Origin: Harriotta raleighana
Lineage: Eukaryota
Assembly (NCBI GenBank): GCA_050575255.1
Contig: JBNZDD010013398.1
Span: 225,360 to 289,359 of the forward strand
Length of the DNA stretch: 64,000 nt
Direction of reading: 5' to 3'
In this document: positions 56,911 to 64,000 of the stretch, piece by piece
How positions within the stretch are numbered: the first letter of the stretch is position 1
Layout of the letters: each line of letters opens with the position of its first letter
Notes under the pieces: model-generated
Databases searched by the model: none
What the model was told of the DNA's origin: nothing
Seen by the model: the letters and a program-made list of their open reading frames with translations, nothing else
Made by a program: the position numbers and the translations under genes

Positions 56911-58819
56911 GTGAGTAATATATATGCGAGTAATATGTGAGTAATTCGGACTTAATCAGAATTCAGGGTGTGTAGCAATATGGCTGTTTAATGGTTTACC
57001 AATTGCATCCAGGCGAACTTAGGCAATCGTAATAATAGGAATGGCAAGGCCAATGTCGTGGACAACTGTGGTGCAATTGAACACTTGAAAAAATTAATTA
57101 TCTATTAAATAAATCAAATTTGAAGGTTACTAACATATTAGAGGATACCTCTTTCAGTCTTTACTGGTTTATTTGGCATGGTTAGTAACATTGCACTTAC
57201 TGGCAGCATCCCAGTAGCCAAAATACATGTTATTGACAGCGGGATATCTATTGCACGTCAATAATTAAACGATTCGGAGTAATTCAGAAACCCGGAAATA
57301 TTTTGAAAAATTAAAGCGACCTGTTTATTTATTTGCCTGTAAAATTGGTTACATTTACCGAAAACCATCTCCACATTATTTGCTTTTTGCGTAAAATTTG
57401 CTGAAATTCTGTTCCAACGATGTTCTCCATTGGATTCCAATACCTCATTCCGGAGCCATTTTTAATGTTCGAATTCACACTGTGCTCCCATTCAAATAGT
57501 GCGACGTAGAATCCTCTGGTTTCAGAGCCCAGTCATTGGATCCTTAATGTCAATACTTGAGCAAACTGCACAACCATAACTGTATTGTTGACTTTGTTCT
57601 GGTGAAGTTGAGTTGCGTCTGTTGCCAGCTTCAATAATTTTCTCTCCGCGCAGGGCTATCATACGTGTGGTGCAATGTATTCTATAGAAACTTCAGAATG
57701 TTTACACGGTTGTAACATCTACATTCTTTATGTTTGGCACCTATCTCAGTGACTGTGCAAAGCTATTGCAAATTACATCCGAATCATGGGCATTTTTTCC
57801 CAATAAGGATTTGTGAGATGTAACAGCAACCTTGAGGGCTCCTGTGAATAATGAATTTATTGCTCCAGTATATCACTGAGCTCATCGTAACTTCGAGTTT
57901 GTCAATGCCAAACTTACACGATTGGCTGTCAAATTCGCCTGTAAACAAGGAGAATAGCAAACCAAAATCCAACAGGGGCTATTTTGTTGCTGGAGTAGTG
58001 GTTCGGGTAGACTTTTCGCGCCCATTTCTCGGCATTCGGAAACCGGAAGTGAGATGGATAGAACCGGTTGTATGTTTCAAATGTTGACTTTCCATTCCAA
58101 TGTGGGACGTGATGTGTGGTTTTCTTAGTGAACATTCTTTGCGAATCATCAACTAACTGACGAAGATTTGGAGTGATAATCCACATTTTACAACTATATG
58201 ATATGAAGAAGTCATGTTCATTTTCTATTGATTATTAGAAACTTTATGGAGTTAAGTGATAAATTTAATTACCATAATCAAAATGTCATTCCTTCATCAG
58301 TCAATGAACATGAATGAATACTCATATTTCCTTTGAACACCTTGAACGTGCAATGCTATATTTGATAGTGATACGTTTGAGAAATATGTTCAGAATTTAA
58401 TTACAATTCTGATAACCATTTCACACTGCTTCAATTATTATTTGTCGTCTGACCCTTATATGTATATTTAAGTAGATTGTTCGGAAAAATACTTACTACT
58501 GTGAATGGTGCACATATAATTATGATGGTATTGTTTTGCGAAGAATTATTCTCTGGACATATTTACAGACTAAGTTTCTTGAACAAATCACGTCTATTCA
58601 AATACACTTCTATTCAAATATATAATATTACAAACAAACTAGAGATTAATTATGTAACTGGTATTATATTTATTCTCCCACTCCTCAGTAAATACTCTCA
58701 TAGTTTTTTTTTGGGGGGTGAGGTTAAAGGCAAAGTTCATTTTCAAGTTACAATAAATATAGCCATACCTTCTAACTCCATCAATTGGGGGGTAAATACT
58801 ATCTTTAATGGGAACCCAG

Positions 58820-58889
58820 TGTAGTTATGGTCTGAGACTCTCTGTGTCGCTGTCTACCAATAAGGAGAAGAAATTGAGCAGGAGATCCA
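58820..58889 (+). promoter_or_regulatory. Pcdh CSE promoter (unit 15)
   Basis: TGTAG...GTGTCGCTGTCTACCAATAAG (58844-58864)...GAGATCCA. Confidence 0.9.
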
Positions 58890-59088
58890 CCAACCATCCC
58901 CCAACACCGAGGACACGAGGCATGCGCAGTGATGGCCTTTATATTCACGTTCCGAACCATCTCTCCACAAGGTATACCGGATTTTCCAACTTGGAGCTGA
59001 AATATATGGGATTATTTTTCGTGTGGACATAGATCATTGATCAAGGGAACCATTTATACCGTCAGAAATTTTCACCCTGCAAAGAGAA

Positions 59089-61566
59089 ATGACACATTCG
59101 GGCAATCTGAGGGTGCTGAGAAGGCAAGTATCGTCCATTTTCCTGCTTTGTGTTTGGCGTGTGGTTTCGGCGCAGATTCGGTATTCCATTCCCGAGGAAC
59201 TGAAACACGGTGCTTTCGTGGGGAAAATCGCATCGGATTTAGGATTAAATGTAGAGGAATTGCAAAATCGCAGATTCAGGATCGTGTCTGACGCACAGAT
59301 TCAATACTTGGATGTGAATCTCAACAGTGGGGTGTTGTTTGTAAATAAAAGGATAGACAGGGAGCAGCTATGTGGAGAGAGCCTTTCCTGCCTCTTGCCA
59401 TTGGAAGTGGTGATCGAAAACCCCGTGGAACAGTATCGAGTGGAGGTGGAGGTTTTGGACATAAACGATAATTCTCCCAGTTTCCCAAAGAATGAAATCA
59501 TTTTGGAAATCGCCGAGTGGGCGACAGCTGGAGCGCGCTTTCTGTTAGAGAGCGCGCACGATCCCGACGTCCGCACGAACTCTATCCGCACTTACCAGCT
59601 CACTCCAAACGATCACTTTGCTCTGGATGTACAGACTCGTGGAGAATGGATTCTAGCCGAATTGATTCTGGAGAAGCCACTGGACCGAGAAACGCAATCG
59701 AACCATCAATTGTTACTCCGAGCCTTTGACGGTGGAACTCCGGAGAGAACAGGTACAGCCAGTATATCTATCATTGTATTGGACGCGAATGACAACGCAC
59801 CGGTTTTCCAACAATCTCTCTACCGTGTTGGTCTAACGGAAGACGTACCATTTGGTACTCTGGTGATCAAACTTAACGCCACCGATTCAGACGAGGATTC
59901 TAATGGTGAGATAGTTTATTCTTTCAGCAGCTACAGCAAGGAGAGGATTCCGGAACTGTTCAGTATTGATCGTAATTCCGGGGAGATTAGGGTGAACGGG
60001 ATCTTGGATTTCGAGGAAGCGAGTTTTTATGAGATTAGCGTAGAAGCTCGAGACAAGGGTCCACTTCCCTTACCCGCACATTGCACAGTTCGCGTTAGTA
60101 TTAAAGATGTCAATGATAACACTCCGGAACTGGCATTCAATTCAGTGACTAGCACAATAAGTGAGAAAGCAGATACTGGAACTTTGGTGGCTCTGATCAG
60201 TGTAACAGACCGGGATTCCGCTGAAAATGGGAATACCGATTGTCAGATCTCGCCAAATCTCCCCTTTGAGCTCAAATCTTCCTTCAAGAATTCATACAGA
60301 CTGCTCACCAATGGTCCGCTGGATCGAGAAAGCGCTGCCGAATATCAAGTGACTGTTAGCTGCACGGACCAGGGATCTCCTCGATTATCTACCAACAAAA
60401 CCATCGTTGTGCATATCTCAGACATAAATGACAACGCGCCCAGATTTCCCCAATCATCGTCTACAGTCTATGTCACGGAGAATAACGCCCCTGGCACTTT
60501 AATTGGATCAGTTACAGCTTCGGATCCTGACATGGAGCAGAACTCTCACCTCACGTACTCTGTCTGGGACACCCAGATCGAGGGGATGCCAGTAACTGCC
60601 TATGTATCCATCAACCCACAGACTGGTGACATCTATTCACAGCGCTCCTTTGATTATGAACAACTGAAACATTTTCGGATCCAAATTCAAGTTCAAGACT
60701 CGGGATCGCCATCACTTTCGGGTAATGCCACCGTTAACGTGATTATTCTTGACCAGAATGATAACACTCCTGCAATCATATCGCCCACGACCACGAAGGC
60801 CATGCAAATAAGGGTGCCACGGTTTGTGGGTGCTGGGTACTTGGCGACCAAGATCACCGCAACTGATGCAGATTCGGGCCAGAATGCGCGGTTGTTCTTC
60901 CAGCTTCTACAAGCCACCGACCCCGGTCTGTTTACCGTTACGCACAATTCAGGAGAAGTCAAAACAGCTCGCCGTCTTGAGGAGAAGGACTCCACTATAC
61001 AAAGGCTCGTGATCCAAGTCAAAGACAAGGGACACCCGCCACTCTCAGCCACAGCTACTGTGACTCTTACCATCGTTGAACCTGTTGGGGAGTTAAGTTC
61101 CGATTTCCGTGAAACCCACACGATTTCTGAACATTCTTCTAATATGGCCTTCTATATCATCATTTCCTTAGGTGCAATCTCATCCATCCTTCTTGTAGTT
61201 ATTATTGCCCTTGTCATTACCATCTGTCCCAATAACAGACACCAAGCCTATGGTAGGACTTGGCCTCCTGTAAATTGCTGTTGTGTCAGGGAGTTGAACT
61301 CCAACGGTAGACTCCAGAGTGCCAACACCACCCTTCAGATAGATTCCAAGTTCATGGCAAATGTTGTCGAGGTGCGTGGAAATGGATCTCTTTCTGATAC
61401 ATACCGTTACAAAGTCAGATCAGCACCGGAACCAAACAAAATGGAATTCATGTTTGTCACACCTTACAGTCCAACAACCTCCGGGAGTATGAAGAGGGTC
61501 CCCAAAACATATTCGTCAGAACAGAGTGCGCCATCAACAAACAACTGGCCTAATAGATCAACTGAG
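59089..61566 (+). CDS. Clustered protocadherin variable exon (unit 15, group B)
   Basis: 6 [21 protein letters not shown]; phase-0 donor GAG|GTGGGT at 61566/61567 (unspliced stop at 61674). Confidence 0.94.
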
Positions 61567-61850
61567 GTGGGTAGTAGATGCAGTAACATAGCAAATATAT
61601 GTGAGACGCAGAAGCAGTTTACTTGTGTGCCTACTTTGTCCCTTTTGCATTTTAGTCTATCAAAATATGCATGATTGCCATAATTCTATTTCGTAGTAAG
61701 ATACACCCTTGTAGATTTTTAAAATTATTAAATGAATTTAATCTAAAGATGGTGGTTTCAACATAACAGATTGGATGGACACTTCGTGCTAACGAGGAGG
61801 TATTTGATGACAAATGTATGTATGTTTACATTTAACAATTCAGAATTGGA

Positions 61851-62032
61851 GCCCTGCAGCTCAGTGGTAAGAACATTTGCCTTACAAATAAGACACCTGG
61901 GTTGAGTTCCAGTCAGGACAAAACCTTGGGAAGTTTTCCTTATCCCCATATGCCTAATAATATTCCCTCTAACAAAATAAATTGGTCATTTCAATCCACC
62001 AATGTTTGTGGGACACTGCTGTGTGTCAAACT
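61851..62032 (+). mobile_element. tRNA-derived Deu-domain SINE, 5' part
   Basis: GCAGCTCAGTGGTAAGA...GGGTTGAGTTCC...AAAACCTTGGGAAGTTTTCCTTA...TGTTTGTGGGACACTGCTGTG, homologous to the 51678-51967 copy. Confidence 0.8.
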
Positions 62033-63873
62033 ATATCATAATGAATTTTAGCTGTGCTCGATTAATGTTTTTAAATATGTTTGGCTAATCTTAATTTCTA
62101 ATGTCATCTAATCCTTGGAATATAATTTGACGTAAGGCAAAACTCATGTATTCTAGAGAGAAAAAGAAGGAAAAGCAGATCATCTGCAAAAGTGGATTTT
62201 GTTTTGCGTAAATAAGGCAATTAGAGTGCTACATAACTATTTGTGCCAAGATCAAATATAAAGTTTGTCTTTTACCGTCACATCAAATTAATAACTTTTT
62301 CAAGTGTATATTGGTATATAAACCATGTTCTGCTTATATGTTCTGAAGTGCTTAATAGACTTGTTACAGCATAGCAAATCAATATTTTTCATAGAGATAA
62401 TTGTAGCAAAGGCTGCCAATTTACTCGGAATTACACATGATTGATCCAAAGAACATCACGAGCTTGTGATTATATATCATACAGACGTTGAAAATCAATG
62501 CAGCGACCTCCAACGAGGTTACCTCATAACAGCAGTAATAGATAGTGTGATCTTAAGAAAATAAGATGTAATCATATTCGTCAGCATTATGCGTTGCCGT
62601 GGCACAAATAGAGTATAATTTGAAGCATTTTTCCTTCACTGCAAGAATCTAAACAATGTCACATTGAAGGAGGTTGGTCCCGTTTCAGAAATCTATGCAA
62701 GTGTAATGTGGAAGTTTACCTGAACACCTGGACCTGGGAAGTTAAACGCTTTACCTAATTTTATATGCTTAATTTCAGTGGACATTCAATTAGTGGTGGT
62801 ATGTTCTATGTTGAATTCTTTTTCGGTAAAGAGTGATATTTAACATTATACAATTATTTTCCAAAAATATGAGGTTCGTTTTCTTTCAAACGTATCATAT
62901 AATTTACAATATTCAGTTGGTATATTTTATTCTGAAGCAAAAGACACTTCAAATGTCAGATTCAAACCGTACAAACCATGGGTGGTCTGCAATTAGATTA
63001 TTACATGCAGTTCCAGTCCCAGCAACATTATGGGGAACGAGGCAGCGAGGCAGCACAGAGAGAACAAACAAGTCTGACCATCATTAAATATTACAGGAAT
63101 TATTTACGAGGAGCAAATAAGATACATTAAGGTCCTTTAGCCTTGAAATTGAATGTTTTGCAGAAACCATACCAAGGTACTTATTTGTTATACTAGATGA
63201 GATTGAGAAGTTAAGCATTGCCTTCAGGTAGTCAGAGTCACTTGGAGAAATCTGCACGGTTTCAGACTGATGAAGAACAACTTATTTCAGTACATGTCCA
63301 GTACATATTTTTTTACATGGAAAAAATACTTCCTGGTGTACTAGTATAACTTGATTGACTTGTCTCTGCAAAACTGGAAGGGAAGTAAAGGCAAGAAAAT
63401 GGGAATCAGTTAAAAAAAAAGCTTGATTTCGTAATGTTAATAAGTTATGATATATTTTCCTAAATGAAGGAAGCAAGTGGGCAGATGGATCATAATCTGA
63501 AACAATCCCGTGATCTTGTATCTTGAGTGGTGATGTTCCAAGCTTCAAATGTGTGTTGGTAACATTTCGATAGACTATGCAATCTGAGGATGGGAAATTA
63601 GTGTTGTTTTATTTAGGTGAGTCAACTTTTTTTCTGTACATGCGTACTATGGCTTTATAAAAATCTTCGCGCTGTGTTAATAACAGCAGATGCACTAAAA
63701 GAAACATATTTACTATATATTTACCTTGGATATAAGCATAAATAGGAAATTTAGTTTTGATTTGAAGAAATACTTCAGCCATTGCTTGAATGAGATTCTG
63801 GGTCAATCTATGGTTGTGTTCTGCCAAAGAGTTTGGGGTTCACAGGAATATATATCTTTGAGAAACTGCTACG

Positions 63874-63943
63874 TGTAGTTATTGGGCGAGACACTTTGTG
63901 TCGCTGTCTACCAATGAGGAACTGAAATATGACCAGAGATCCA
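63874..63943 (+). promoter_or_regulatory. Pcdh CSE promoter (unit 16; exon lies beyond the window end)
   Basis: TGTAGTTATTGG...GTGTCGCTGTCTACCAATGAG (63898-63918)...GAGATCCA. Confidence 0.9.
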
Positions 63944-64000
63944 TCAGTCCTCCCCCAACACCATACAGGGTGGAGGAAGAAGGCAAGCTGGAGCGCCGTT

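Noticed and set aside
392-59032. Recurring short + strand ORFs sharing 'VSLSTNK' (392, 6686, 9910, 16499, 40557, 58808) that look like a peptide family
   Set aside because: They are chance translations of the CSE DNA motif. Starts, stops and flanks are not conserved, and conservation follows nucleotide spacing rather than codons.
3906-61121. Recurring minus-strand ORFs (e.g. [16 protein letters not shown]..., GELSFTS...)
   Set aside because: Antisense shadows of conserved cadherin codons, with variable length and no independent coding evidence.
43295-61674. C-terminal ORF extensions of units 11-15 past the GT donors (VN, VSFIF, VSL..., VSN..., VGS...)
   Set aside because: Intronic read-through after consensus phase-0 donors; unconserved in length and sequence.
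51900-61910. tRNA-like A/B box sequences at ~51910-51967 (-) and 61851-61912 (+)
   Set aside because: No complete cloverleaf, and each is attached to a SINE body, so they are SINE heads rather than tRNA genes.
422-63943. Regularly recurring ~21-bp repeat, superficially CRISPR- or cassette-like
   Set aside because: Copies are kilobases apart, each upstream of a Pcdh exon in eukaryotic DNA, with no cas or recombinase genes. These are CSE promoters.

Overview
Vertebrate genomic DNA, most likely from a cartilaginous fish (a holocephalan/chimaera, inferred from the repeat families and cluster layout). The window is an internal part of a clustered protocadherin (cPcdh) locus. It holds 15 tandem + strand units of about 2.4 kb, each encoding signal peptide, six cadherin repeats (EC1-EC6), a TM helix and a variable cytoplasmic domain. 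Each unit has its own CSE (CGCT-box/CTCF) promoter, and a 16th promoter at the right edge belongs to an exon outside the window. There are two subgroups. Group A (units 1-10, about 0.4-36.6 kb) has 7 intact ORFs and 3 pseudogenes, a YxYxVxLSPESAKSDFLFL-type tail and its own stop codons, i.e. single-exon Pcdh-beta/epsilon-like genes. Group B (units 11-15, 40.5-61.6 kb) has an EVRGxGS-type tail and ends in phase-0 splice donors, i.e. variable exons; I found no constant exons in the window. Intergenic DNA carries Deu-domain tRNA-SINE, L2, CR1 and Penelope-type fragments. The overall system is known, not new. The most notable details are: fossil splice donors just after the group A stops; a chimeric gene from unequal crossover; a rigidly spaced extended promoter grammar with a GATC module 22 nt after CCAAT; different promoter decay among the pseudogenes; and a minimal hammerhead-ribozyme-like motif in a TSD-flanked repeat.
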